DNA of 64,000 nt, taken from positions 89,540 to 153,539 of IMG/VR virus record IMGVR_UViG_3300023202_000068, one strand, 5' to 3'. This document shows positions 39,310 through 48,451 of the stretch, one piece after another; the stretch's first letter is position 1; the number at the start of each line of letters is the position of its first letter. The notes under the pieces are model-generated. The model searched no databases, had not been told where the DNA came from, and saw only the letters and a list, made by a program, of their open reading frames with translations. The DNA is from a virus. Both the position numbers and the translations under genes were made by a program.

Positions 39310-40428
39310 TTAGTTACCTGGTTTGACATCTTTGAGTAACTCCCTTTGTGCGAGTTCAGCTTTTGCCATCTGAACCTCTTGTTTAAATTTCTCATCGTAT
39401 ATGACGTATTTACCTTTTGAAAATCCTACAGTAATAGTGGCACCATTGTGCTCACTCCACCTTGTCTTGTGAGTGATAAAATCAGTCGCTCTAGCCTCGT
39501 AGTTAGGCCTAGCTTCCATAATGCATGTGGCAGGCTTCGTTATAGTCTTACGTCCTTCAAAGCGATCCTCGTAAGCCAGACCCTCTTTACTGTCAGGCTT
39601 GAGCTGCCCCATTAAAACTATAGGTGGACACTTCTTCTTTTTTGAAACATTTTCAATATAGTAGTAGAATTTTTCTTGAACCTGCCATGTAGGGGCATCA
39701 GCCATCTCAGATGACTGATTTACTTTTTGAGCATAGTCAATCAGGATTACATCAAAATTACCCTCGTCAGTCGCATTTTCTAGGTATCCACACATGGTCT
39801 CTAAAACACTCATTCCACCAGTGGACTTTGTATGCTCATCGTCGATTACAATCATTCCCTTATTAGCAAGGATTTTAATGTGCTCATTATACATGTCTCT
39901 ATCTTCTGGAGTCATATTCCTATGGTCAGAGTATGACTTGTCCTTAATCAAAGCAGTAACCCTGTTGTACACGTCAGCACGCCTTTCCTCGTTTGACAAT
40001 ATCAAAACTCTCTTATTATCTAGGAGGCACTTCCAGGCAATGTTAGCCGTGGAGGTAGACTTACCCTTACCAGTACGAGCCCCTATGAGAATAACTTGGT
40101 TGGGCATGAAAGGTACAATCCCGTCAAAACTATCGTTAATGAAGTTCATTGACTCTTCACGAGCAGAGTCTAGGTATTGAGTATTGTGATCGACAGTTTC
40201 GTTTACATATTTTTCAACGTCAAAATTGAAGTCAGCATTACGAGCCCTTTTGCTCATTTCCTTTTGCTGCTCCATCATGCGGTATTGAGAGTCTAACTTG
40301 TGTTTCTTAATCTCAAAGCTTTTACGATTATATTCAGCCTCTTCAATCTTTTGAGATTCGATAAGGTCATCAACACCGGCTAAAATATCTTTTACGTCGT
40401 CTTTAAGACTCTCGTTGCTTATCTTCAA
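39310..40428 (-). CDS. dnaB: DnaB-like replicative helicase
   Basis: GARTGKGKST Walker A, LSNE, ILIDYAQK, GQL, K.R arginine finger. Confidence 0.8.
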   Translation of the reverse strand: MKISNESLKDDVKDILAGVDDLIESQKIEEAEYNRKSFEIKKHKLDSQYRMMEQQKEMSKRARNADFNFDVEKYVNETVDHNTQYLDSAREESMNFINDSFDGIVPFMPNQVILIGARTGKGKSTSTANIAWKCLLDNKRVLILSNEERRADVYNRVTALIKDKSYSDHRNMTPEDRDMYNEHIKILANKGMIVIDDEHTKSTGGMSVLETMCGYLENATDEGNFDVILIDYAQKVNQSSEMADAPTWQVQEKFYYYIENVSKKKKCPPIVLMGQLKPDSKEGLAYEDRFEGRKTITKPATCIMEARPNYEARATDFITHKTRWSEHNGATITVGFSKGKYVIYDEKFKQEVQMAKAELAQRELLKDVKPGN

Positions 40429-40792
40429 AATAATCCCTCATGTCTTCTTTTAAATCTTCACGAGTATAACTGTCAGGGTGACTCTCGGAAATAGAAAGAA
40501 TGTAAGGGTCGTACTCTTTGACCTTCTTACTTTTTTCTTGTTTCACTACAACTGTGAAGATAGATTCTACACTGGCCCCTACTAGCTTATTTAGGTACAG
40601 ATTCACCTCATCATCTGCAGGTAATTCACCCACCCTTACTGCGTTCTTAAAAACTTCAATATTAACACTCTCAATGGTACTTAGCTTTCTTCGAATAGAA
40701 GTAAGGGTAGTTAAGAGAAGCATGTGTCTCTCATAAATCGAGCGACCTTGAAACTTCTCTGTAAGCTCTTTTTGTTTGGGTGATAGATCCAT
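40403..40792 (-). CDS. Hypothetical protein
   Basis: 129 aa ORF in operon. Confidence 0.65.
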   Translation of the reverse strand: MDLSPKQKELTEKFQGRSIYERHMLLLTTLTSIRRKLSTIESVNIEVFKNAVRVGELPADDEVNLYLNKLVGASVESIFTVVVKQEKSKKVKEYDPYILSISESHPDSYTREDLKEDMRDYFEDKQRES

Positions 40793-40800
40793 GTGTTACA

Positions 40801-41685
40801 TCATACCATAAAATTATTAGTTCGTAACATCTTTTTTGCGAGTGCAACTTGTTCATTATATCCGGTTTTACCTTCGTAATTATCTATGAACTTTTGCAGT
40901 GTAATTTTTTTACCTCGACCAGACATTTTATTAAATCTACTTTTAAAGTGACTTATCTCCTGCTCTTCTTCGATTGCAATAATTCTAGACTCAGGGTCTT
41001 TCAGATCATCGCTCATCTGATACTCTACAATATCCTCATAGTCACTCTTAGAGATGCCTTGCGTAAGTATTTCAATTTTGAATATTTTAAAGCCATCATC
41101 GTCTACAGTCTGCTGTTCACCAAGAGTTCTCGCACGCTTCATTGACTCTTTAAATTCTTTTTTAGTTACAACTCTGTAGCCGTAGTGACCAGGTCTTGCC
41201 ATAATCTCTTCTTCACTGGCTGGACGTGAGTCTGGGGTAAAGGCAAAGGTTCCATACCGATCTCTACCGCACACGATGTCGCGAGATTTACGGGCACACA
41301 CAGCAGCACAGTGAAGTAGCTTTTGTCTGATAAATGTAATCATCTGGTTTTGCTCGGCTTTTTTAAAGTCTTCAGCCTTAGGCTCTGCACCTTTATTCAT
41401 TCGCTTGAAGTACTTAGTAAACTTTTCTCTTTGTTCTTCTTTGTTTCGAATACTATATAGATTCATATAGGCAAGGGCGTACATTGAGGAGATGGACTTA
41501 ATATCCTCTTCATCTAAGCCAGCCTTGGCAAAATTGTACCGTAACTTGTCATACATGATATGTCCGGTAATTTCTATAATGTGCTTGAATTCTTTTAGGT
41601 ATTCGCCTTTAAGCGGTCCTGCACGAGAGATGTAATCATGTCTTATGCAAAGCAGTTCAAAGTCGTCTTTATAATTCTTCCTCAC
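40801..41685 (-). CDS. Putative divergent sigma70-family factor
   Basis: YNFAKAGLDEEDIKSIS resembles region 2.2 (cf. SigH YFLIGADREDIVQEG); MITFIRQKL region 2.3/2.4-like; DPESRIIAIEEEQ region 3/4 junction-like. Confidence 0.45.
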   Translation of the reverse strand: MRKNYKDDFELLCIRHDYISRAGPLKGEYLKEFKHIIEITGHIMYDKLRYNFAKAGLDEEDIKSISSMYALAYMNLYSIRNKEEQREKFTKYFKRMNKGAEPKAEDFKKAEQNQMITFIRQKLLHCAAVCARKSRDIVCGRDRYGTFAFTPDSRPASEEEIMARPGHYGYRVVTKKEFKESMKRARTLGEQQTVDDDGFKIFKIEILTQGISKSDYEDIVEYQMSDDLKDPESRIIAIEEEQEISHFKSRFNKMSGRGKKITLQKFIDNYEGKTGYNEQVALAKKMLRTNNFMV

Positions 41686-41700
41686 CTACGCTCCATTTGT

Positions 41701-42057
41701 TTAAAATAATAATATAGCACCGTCCTCGTCTATTTCCAATCCATGAGGGGTTATAGCGTCAGACAATTCCATATTGCTTTCATCGTCTGTATCTGCGTTT
41801 TTAATATCATATTTAATACTTACCTCGGTGTAGTCGTCTTTAACCTTATCATAGTACTCAATATCCAAAGTAATTTTTTGGTCTGGGAGAATGGGTGTAA
41901 AACTCTTAATTCCCCATTCTTTAGTCTCAATGTGCATTTCCCACTTAACTTTTACATCTGCAATACTTTCAATGTCAATCCACTCAACACCTATTAAGTC
42001 GGCAATCCCATCAGACCAAGAATCAATCTCAACTTCCGTCGTAAATTTTAAAACCAT
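41701..42057 (-). CDS. Acidic hypothetical protein
   Basis: GAGGGAG SD, ATG at 42057; 118 aa, D/E-rich. Confidence 0.65.
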   Translation of the reverse strand: MVLKFTTEVEIDSWSDGIADLIGVEWIDIESIADVKVKWEMHIETKEWGIKSFTPILPDQKITLDIEYYDKVKDDYTEVSIKYDIKNADTDDESNMELSDAITPHGLEIDEDGAILLF

Positions 42058-42268
42058 TTTTCTCTCCCTCTGTAAAACAAGCGAACAAACCCTTATCTGT
42101 CCACTTCCCACCTGATTTAATAGTACAATTAACCATGTACATTGCGCAAGCTTCTTTTTCAGAATTGGTAGTATTTTCCATAAAACAAAGTTTAGCTATG
42201 GATTCTACTAGAATTTTCTCTTGTTCAGCTTGTGCAAATGACATTAAAAGTGTAAATAATATATACAT
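42029..42268 (-). CDS. Small exported Cys-rich protein
   Basis: Signal peptide ending AQA; four Cys. Confidence 0.55.
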   Translation of the reverse strand: MYILFTLLMSFAQAEQEKILVESIAKLCFMENTTNSEKEACAMYMVNCTIKSGGKWTDKGLFACFTEGEKNGFKIYDGS

Positions 42269-42281
42269 AATTCCCTCATTG

Positions 42282-42306
42282 AAAATGGCAGGCCCTAAGA
42301 CCTGCC
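42282..42306 (-). terminator. Rho-independent terminator after DUF932 gene
   Basis: GGCAGGUC-UUAG-GGCCUGCC stem followed by AUUUU. Confidence 0.7.
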
Positions 42307-42332
42307 CTTACAAAAAACTTTTAGAGTATTAA

Positions 42333-43304
42333 TTATCCTACCATCTTAATTGCTGTGTCAAGAGCTTTTTGGTTTAAGACCGAAGAGTCACCAAACCACA
42401 TCTTGTCTAGTCTAGCTTGAGCATCATCGCCACGCTCATACCCTAGGTATTCATTGACCGCGTTGTAGGCTGCCCAGTAAGTACCACGTACACCTGGAAG
42501 CTGTGCTCCACGTCCAGTCTCGAAGAGATTCAAGACTTTAGGAAGAACGTCACGAGCTGGTCTTTTACCTTCTTTTTCCATTTGCTCATACTTAGGTCCT
42601 ACAAAGATAAGTTTTACATATTTTTCAAGATCAGCTTGGTTAATGTCAGTTTGAGCAAGCTTTCTATATTGATCAGCATTTGCTTCAAAAGTCTGATTAG
42701 CAAGATTCATAATGTCAGCTACTTGAGACAAGTTTTCGTTCAAGTTTTTAGTGTGCTTAAGTCTAATCAAAGATGACTTTGAGTGGCTGTGAGCAAAACT
42801 TAGAGTGTTATTACATACAACTCTAATTGGTGTAAAACCAGCACGTACACTCATAGTTCCATCATGACTGTTTGAGAGAAGAATGAACTTTTCTACTTCA
42901 TCACCCTTAACAATTTCTGAAGGTGCTTTGTTAATCTTAGCCAAAACCCAAACACGCTTACCTTGGCGAAGAGCGCCTGCAGTATTAAGAGTTGCAGCGT
43001 TGTTCTCAAGGAATGGGTTAAAGAAGTTAAAAGCATCGATATTCTGTAAAGGCTGGTAGTTAGCCCCAACAACACCAAGAATTGATTGGTCAGTTCCTCT
43101 AACAACAGCTTTGTTAGGAGCTTTTTGACCGTCAGCTAAAAACAGCTCTTTCATCTCTACTTTCCAGTTGAGATTTGCTGCTACAATAGCTTCTTCAATT
43201 GAAGGAGTGCCCTCAACTTTTTGTCCACAACCGTGCCAAGGTGTGTCTCCTACGTAAAACATTGAAGCTTGACCTTTTTCGTTTATTTCTAATTCGTGAG
43301 CCAT
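42333..43304 (-). CDS. DUF932/DUF945 (TIGR03299 phage/plasmid-like) protein
   Basis: MAHELE...PWHG.G...LGVVG..Y.PLQN..AF.F...TAG.L..G.RVW.LA...NSHDG...TPIRVVC.NTL...GT.WAAYNAV.EY. Confidence 0.9.
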   Translation of the reverse strand: MAHELEINEKGQASMFYVGDTPWHGCGQKVEGTPSIEEAIVAANLNWKVEMKELFLADGQKAPNKAVVRGTDQSILGVVGANYQPLQNIDAFNFFNPFLENNAATLNTAGALRQGKRVWVLAKINKAPSEIVKGDEVEKFILLSNSHDGTMSVRAGFTPIRVVCNNTLSFAHSHSKSSLIRLKHTKNLNENLSQVADIMNLANQTFEANADQYRKLAQTDINQADLEKYVKLIFVGPKYEQMEKEGKRPARDVLPKVLNLFETGRGAQLPGVRGTYWAAYNAVNEYLGYERGDDAQARLDKMWFGDSSVLNQKALDTAIKMVG

Positions 43305-43335
43305 AATTTCCTCCGTTATTGGTTGGTATATTCTT

Positions 43336-43364
43336 ATACTAGTACAAGTTCTTACGTAAGTCAA
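43336..43364 (-). promoter_or_regulatory. Sigma70-type promoter for the DUF932 gene
   Basis: TTGACT-N17-TAGTAT with upstream T-tract. Confidence 0.7.
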
Positions 43365-43375
43365 GAAAAAAGTAC

Positions 43376-43408
43376 AAGAAAATGCGAAGCCTCAAAATGA
43401 GACTCCGC
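43376..43408 (-). terminator. Rho-independent terminator after recA
   Basis: GCGGAGUCUCA-UUU-UGAGGCUUCGC stem followed by AUUUUCUU. Confidence 0.75.
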
Positions 43409-43430
43409 TGGCCATAAGGAGGTGGCATTT

Positions 43431-44477
43431 TTACGAATCAGTAGATCCGTAAATCTTTGAAATTAGGTCACTTTTTAACTTCTCGTCGTCACGAATGGCT
43501 GCGGCAACGGCTTTCTTGCCCTTAAACGTCTGTTCACCTATCTTCCATGTTAGGTTGTTTACACGCTCAATCAGTCCTAGATTACCAGCCAATACCATGA
43601 CTTCTTCTTCTGTATTAATAATGCCCTTGTTGTAATCGAAGGTAATTTGCCCAGTCCTTCCGGCAACACCACGAGAACTCTCAGACATCTGCACGTATAT
43701 TTTATGCGCAGTTACTTCTTTTTTGTCTTTAAAATCCTTCACGTCAGCTTCAAACTTTTCACCAGTAATTGAAGTGTGAGTATCAGCTCTGTTGTTGTTA
43801 CGAGTTACTTTCATGTAATACTCATAAGTGTGCTTTTGATGCCAACCACCAGCCATCTTCTCTTTTGGACCGTACATGCCAGCGTCAAGGTTTCCACGCA
43901 CGTGCGCGGTTGAAATAAGTGCAATTCTATTTCTTCTTAAGAAAGGCATAATTGCAGTCAAACCTTTTTGGATAGTCATAGCGTGATCACCCATTTGGTG
44001 ATCAGTAACTGAGTTTGCATTACCAGCCTTTACACCTTGAATGCCTTGAAGTGAATCGATGATGATTAGTTTTAACTTCATACCATCTTCAACCATTGGC
44101 TGAATGTCTTTAAGTATAGAGTCAAAGATCTCATCAGGTCTATTGGTGTTAAAAGCCATATACCTGTCTGGGTCTATATTCCAGTGTGAGTCTTCAGTCC
44201 CAACAGATCTCATCTCAGTATCATACTTGATAGCCACTGCTTCTGGGTCCATTGCGTGCAGTCCTTGCACAAATGCATTGGTAACAATTGACTTACCAGC
44301 CTTAGGTGGTCCCCACAAGAGTAGGAATTCTTGAAACGGTAGTCCAGGGCTTTTACTGAAAGTCCAGTTAAGACTTGGAGACACCGTTTGAATAAAGTTG
44401 CCTGGAGCGTATGGGTCATACTCTCTATCAACTGCACCATCAAGCTTGCTAAGTTGCTTCATCCATTTATTCGCCAT
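43431..44477 (-). CDS. recA: RecA/UvsX-like recombinase
   Basis: SPSLN, WGPPKAGKS Walker A, YDTE, IIIDSL, AGG, YNKGI. Confidence 0.85.
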   Translation of the reverse strand: MANKWMKQLSKLDGAVDREYDPYAPGNFIQTVSPSLNWTFSKSPGLPFQEFLLLWGPPKAGKSIVTNAFVQGLHAMDPEAVAIKYDTEMRSVGTEDSHWNIDPDRYMAFNTNRPDEIFDSILKDIQPMVEDGMKLKLIIIDSLQGIQGVKAGNANSVTDHQMGDHAMTIQKGLTAIMPFLRRNRIALISTAHVRGNLDAGMYGPKEKMAGGWHQKHTYEYYMKVTRNNNRADTHTSITGEKFEADVKDFKDKKEVTAHKIYVQMSESSRGVAGRTGQITFDYNKGIINTEEEVMVLAGNLGLIERVNNLTWKIGEQTFKGKKAVAAAIRDDEKLKSDLISKIYGSTDS

Positions 44478-44639
44478 TTATTCTCCTTCAACTTCTTCAG
44501 CGCCGTAGTCTGCTTGACTCTCGGCACCTTCTCTCCAATTTTGATACGCTTCTTCTTCTGCATCTTCAAGCGTATCAGCTTCTATTGTCTCTTCGTGGAC
44601 TCCGTATCCATAATCCCAATGTATTTTATACTTGGGCAT
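44478..44639 (-). CDS. Small very acidic protein (53 aa, not in ORF track)
   Basis: MPKYKIHWDYGYGVHEETIEADTLEDAEEEAYQNW...VEGE; abuts the recA start and carries its SD. Confidence 0.65.
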   Translation of the reverse strand: MPKYKIHWDYGYGVHEETIEADTLEDAEEEAYQNWREGAESQADYGAEEVEGE

Positions 44640-44642
44640 GGT

Positions 44643-44927
44643 TTATCCGAAGATATTGTTAGACGGTGCCGCTTCCACTTCAGAGCTTTCTGTATTAGGG
44701 TTGCTCCCAATCATTTGCTCTGTATAGCTAGGCTCATTGTACCTTGTACTGTCGAGTGTCTCTGTAGTATTTTCACTGTTATATCTGTTTACGTGGTTGT
44801 ATACAGTTTTAACAGAAACACCTAGAAGACCAGCAGCTTTTGCCTTGCTTCCGCCAGCCGCATCGATAGCCGCCAACACGTGATTCTTTACAATTTCTTC
44901 CAAGGTTGGAAATTTTTCGTCTTGCAT
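44643..44927 (-). CDS. Stand-alone Fis/NtrC-type helix-turn-helix protein
   Basis: TLEEI.K.H.LAA....GG.K.KAA.LLGVS.KT.YN. Confidence 0.8.
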   Translation of the reverse strand: MQDEKFPTLEEIVKNHVLAAIDAAGGSKAKAAGLLGVSVKTVYNHVNRYNSENTTETLDSTRYNEPSYTEQMIGSNPNTESSEVEAAPSNNIFG

Positions 44928-44938
44928 TTTACTACTCC

Positions 44939-45448
44939 TTAGTATTTATTTGGATTAATTCCACTTCTAATTACGATATCCATAGACTTTCTCATATACC
45001 TACAGACGTTTTCAAACACTTTAATCTTGCCTTCCATGAGAGACTCCAATGCTTTAAGTTGATTCATTCTTTCAATAGCTTCGACATAATCTGTCTGTCG
45101 CTCTAAAAATGCCTCACGGTTGGTCGCATTGTCGTTTAGCTTACTCTCTTTAATAAAGGCAGGGTATTCGTCAAGAATATAAATAGACTTCACCTGTCTA
45201 ATACGGCGATCAGCCTGGGTAATCTCATAGCCAATCGCTGCCAAGTTTTTCTTAGCCTCTCTGTATCCTTCGTTGAAGATGAATTCTAGCTCTGTATAAG
45301 TAGCAGGGTTTACAACCTTTGCTTCTAAAAGCCTTTCTTCACCTTCTCGAATCTTTCCCATATCAATATCAATTGCTGGACGATTCTGTGATGGTGGAAT
45401 CGTCAGCTTAGATTGATCGGTAAAGTTTACAGGGAGATTACTGTCCAT
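44939..45448 (-). CDS. Hypothetical helical protein, possibly UvsY-like recombination mediator
   Basis: Between SSB and RecA; helical with REAFLE..DY segment. Confidence 0.45.
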   Translation of the reverse strand: MDSNLPVNFTDQSKLTIPPSQNRPAIDIDMGKIREGEERLLEAKVVNPATYTELEFIFNEGYREAKKNLAAIGYEITQADRRIRQVKSIYILDEYPAFIKESKLNDNATNREAFLERQTDYVEAIERMNQLKALESLMEGKIKVFENVCRYMRKSMDIVIRSGINPNKY

Positions 45449-46505
45449 TAGGTTCTGCTCCAATTGACGCTAAGAAGTCCTCGTTAGACATTGAAGATCC
45501 TGGTGCCGGAGTTGCCGCAGCCGGTGCAGGAGTCTCTGTAGGCGTTGAATCTGCCTCCTGAGTTCCTAGATCAGCAGATGTCGCAGTCGTCTGAGAGAGT
45601 TCTTCTTGAGCACTAGGTGCTGAAGTGGAAAGATCTCCAAGATCTACCTGAGTATTTGGTGCTGTATTTGTCGGTGCAGGTGTGCTTGCACTTTTTACAA
45701 CATCTTCTACAGAAGCAGGTTTTGACTTATCACCTTTGTACTTAGCGATAATGCGATCTAAATCTTCAGGCCCACCGTTTACGATTTCAGAGATTTCTTC
45801 TGAAGTCGGTGCAGGATACATGTTATTAAGCTCAAAAGCTTCAGCATCAAGGCGTGAGATAAACCCAGCATCCATTGTGTGAGATACTTCCTGCTCAATC
45901 AACATAGTCTGACCGTTGACGTTTGCCTGTACTTTTTGCTTGTAAAGATCGACTTTATAAATTGTATCGCGACCTTTTCCAGTACGATAGAAGTTAATGT
46001 AAAGACCGTTCTCTATTGCAAGAGGGTTCTTAGCTTCTTTTTCTCGAAGTGACTTGATAATATCGTCAAGTTGAAGTTTGGCTTTGTGTCCAATCTTAAG
46101 AAGACCGATTTCACCATTAAGGTTTACAGCATTTACATAGTGCTTACCTTCGATGTTAAATCTCATAGACAACTCACGAACTTGCTTAACTTGCTCTTGA
46201 GTGGCTTGTCCAGCCTTAAATTTATCTACAATATCAGATTGAGCTTTTCTAAGCTGCTCAACACGCTGATACGCTGCAGACTCAACTTCAACCATTTTAG
46301 TCTCGCGATTTACAACTCTGCAATCTTGAAAGAGCTTCATGCGTCCTTCAGAATTCTTATAACCCCAGCAAACTTTATAATACTTGGACCAGATGCCCTT
46401 GTCTGCCAACTCACCAAGTGCTGGAAGGATACGGTAAACATTGTCACCATCTTCCATCTTGAAGAATTTCTTACTACTACCTAACTTTGCTTCTCCTACT
46501 TTCAT
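45438..46505 (-). CDS. Single-stranded DNA-binding protein (gp32-like)
   Basis: FFK..DG.N..RILP, Y.N, G.G.DT.Y, long acidic/Pro-rich tail ending EDFLA. Confidence 0.65.
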   Translation of the reverse strand: MKVGEAKLGSSKKFFKMEDGDNVYRILPALGELADKGIWSKYYKVCWGYKNSEGRMKLFQDCRVVNRETKMVEVESAAYQRVEQLRKAQSDIVDKFKAGQATQEQVKQVRELSMRFNIEGKHYVNAVNLNGEIGLLKIGHKAKLQLDDIIKSLREKEAKNPLAIENGLYINFYRTGKGRDTIYKVDLYKQKVQANVNGQTMLIEQEVSHTMDAGFISRLDAEAFELNNMYPAPTSEEISEIVNGGPEDLDRIIAKYKGDKSKPASVEDVVKSASTPAPTNTAPNTQVDLGDLSTSAPSAQEELSQTTATSADLGTQEADSTPTETPAPAAATPAPGSSMSNEDFLASIGAEPNGQ

Positions 46506-46506
46506 T

Positions 46507-47283
46507 CTAAACTCCTTGCATATTTTTTTTGATTCGGACTAATGTTTCCTCTACGGATTTTTTCGTCACTTTAGTTATACTATTTATAGACTTGTTTGTC
46601 AAACTTTCATTTTCTGTTTTACCAGCAGTAATTAAAAATAGGTTTTTTGTAATTCTTGCAAGACCTCCGATTAATTCTTGGGTTAGGGTTTCATCTTCTG
46701 TGTAAAGTACGATAGGAACAACTTTCCCAGCGTAGTCTTGGTTGACTGATTGAATAGAGACTTTTTCGATAGCATCAAGACCAACGACTTCTGAGCCTAC
46801 CTTTTCATTGATAGCTCTTTTGGTCATGTCTAAAGCTGCCTCTTCTGAAGCGATTAGCCTCTTATACTTAGCTTCAAAATAAAGGGGTTGGTAACTTGTA
46901 ATATCTACCTCTACCGCTCTGTCTTCGAACCTTGCTGCCAAGTGCTCAAAGAACTCTCTTGAGGCGTTTTTATTCATGTAAATTCGACTAGGTACTTTTT
47001 CTAAAATACTAGAGTAAAAATCATCGGCTTGAAAAGAAAAGCAGTCGAAATACTTAGTTGCGCTCTTAGCAAACTTTTCACCCTCAGGACCCGATGCGAT
47101 CATAAAAAGAGCGTTAGCCATAATCTCTTTTCTGTAATCCATATATAGAGATTTAAGTTGCTCTTTAGCTTGAGAGATTTTACCAAGTCTAACTCTACGA
47201 GTGTTTACATCTGTACCTGGATCTTGTTCAGCCACAGCCTTGGTTTTCTTAATCTGCTCCATTACGTTTTGTATACCGCTCAT
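46507..47283 (-). CDS. Hypothetical protein
   Basis: 258 aa ORF in operon. Confidence 0.7.
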   Translation of the reverse strand: MSGIQNVMEQIKKTKAVAEQDPGTDVNTRRVRLGKISQAKEQLKSLYMDYRKEIMANALFMIASGPEGEKFAKSATKYFDCFSFQADDFYSSILEKVPSRIYMNKNASREFFEHLAARFEDRAVEVDITSYQPLYFEAKYKRLIASEEAALDMTKRAINEKVGSEVVGLDAIEKVSIQSVNQDYAGKVVPIVLYTEDETLTQELIGGLARITKNLFLITAGKTENESLTNKSINSITKVTKKSVEETLVRIKKNMQGV

Positions 47284-47521
47284 CTTGACTTTCTCCTATT
47301 CCTAAATAGTGTAATACTTTTTCGTCAGTATTTAATTTATTTCTAGCTTGCTCCATCATGTTAACACCCATGATGTTATTTTTAAACTGCTTTTCAATCT
47401 TAAATCTTTTGTCGTATTCAACATTTAAAAACAGTTTCTCTTCATCAGAGGAAATTGACACCTTATGTATCAACATTTCACTCATGTCATGTGCCTCTAT
47501 CAATCTCTTATACCCTGCCAT
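47249..47521 (-). CDS. Hypothetical protein
   Basis: 90 aa ORF in operon. Confidence 0.6.
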   Translation of the reverse strand: MAGYKRLIEAHDMSEMLIHKVSISSDEEKLFLNVEYDKRFKIEKQFKNNIMGVNMMEQARNKLNTDEKVLHYLGIGESQDERYTKRNGAD

Positions 47522-47527
47522 ATACCA

Positions 47528-48451
47528 TCACTTCTTCCAGTTTCTAATAATTTTTGCCGTAACCTTCGGTGTAGCTTGACTCGTCCCTGTCATATACCCT
47601 GCCTGATTATTGGGTAATATAGAAAGGACTTCTGTGCCATCTTCGAAAAAACTAAATGCAGCCCCGTAGTTAGAGGTTTCATGTCTCTCATATCTTTTTT
47701 TAACTACAGACCTACCGTCTCTTTGTAACTTTCTTTCTTCTATTAAGTCATAATTCATAACTGCAATTATTCTAGGGTCATAGGATGCTGGGTAATATCC
47801 AACTGCCTCATCTTGAATTTTAAACAAATGCTTATTCATGTAGTTAATTTTACTCTTATAGACCGTATATCCATTGTCTGCAGTGTACTGGTACAAAGTC
47901 TTGGCACTTATAACATGACTGTCTACCTTCGTACTCTCATTGCCTGCAGCCGCTACAACAACTATCCCTTGATCAAGGGCACGCTTTACAGCTACGTATT
48001 CAGGGTAGAAAAACTCTGTACCACCGGCGCTATAATTTATGATATCAACACCTAGAGAGGTAACGTAATTAAAAGCTTCAACAGTTGCCCTTACTTGTTC
48101 TGGACCGTACAGCCCTTTGCGGTAAGTTTTTACAACTATAATGCAATAGTCTATATCTTTTGATAGCTGAGCGATAATACCGGCTACGTGTGTACCGTGC
48201 CCGTGATTGTCATAGATAGTCCCTGACTTAGTAAAATCCTTGTGACCTTTAGGGCAAAGCTTAGGTCTTACAAGGCCGCTTCCTGCTTTTTTCCATTTTG
48301 ATTTAAAGTCAAAGCCAGTATCCAGAACGGCTACCTTAATAGTAGTAGAACTCACCTTAGGAGGCGAGGAGGTCTGCTGAGCTTCCGATAGGGGGAAGGT
48401 TAGGAAGCCCAGCGACAATATGAATGCTAAAATCTTAATAGTCTTTTTCAT
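47528..48451 (-). CDS. Exported subtilisin-like S8 serine protease
   Basis: Signal peptide MKKTIKILAFILSLGFL...SEA; VAVLDTG (Asp), HGTHVAG (His), AAAGN, GTSQATP (Ser). Confidence 0.9.
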   Translation of the reverse strand: MKKTIKILAFILSLGFLTFPLSEAQQTSSPPKVSSTTIKVAVLDTGFDFKSKWKKAGSGLVRPKLCPKGHKDFTKSGTIYDNHGHGTHVAGIIAQLSKDIDYCIIVVKTYRKGLYGPEQVRATVEAFNYVTSLGVDIINYSAGGTEFFYPEYVAVKRALDQGIVVVAAAGNESTKVDSHVISAKTLYQYTADNGYTVYKSKINYMNKHLFKIQDEAVGYYPASYDPRIIAVMNYDLIEERKLQRDGRSVVKKRYERHETSNYGAAFSFFEDGTEVLSILPNNQAGYMTGTSQATPKVTAKIIRNWKK

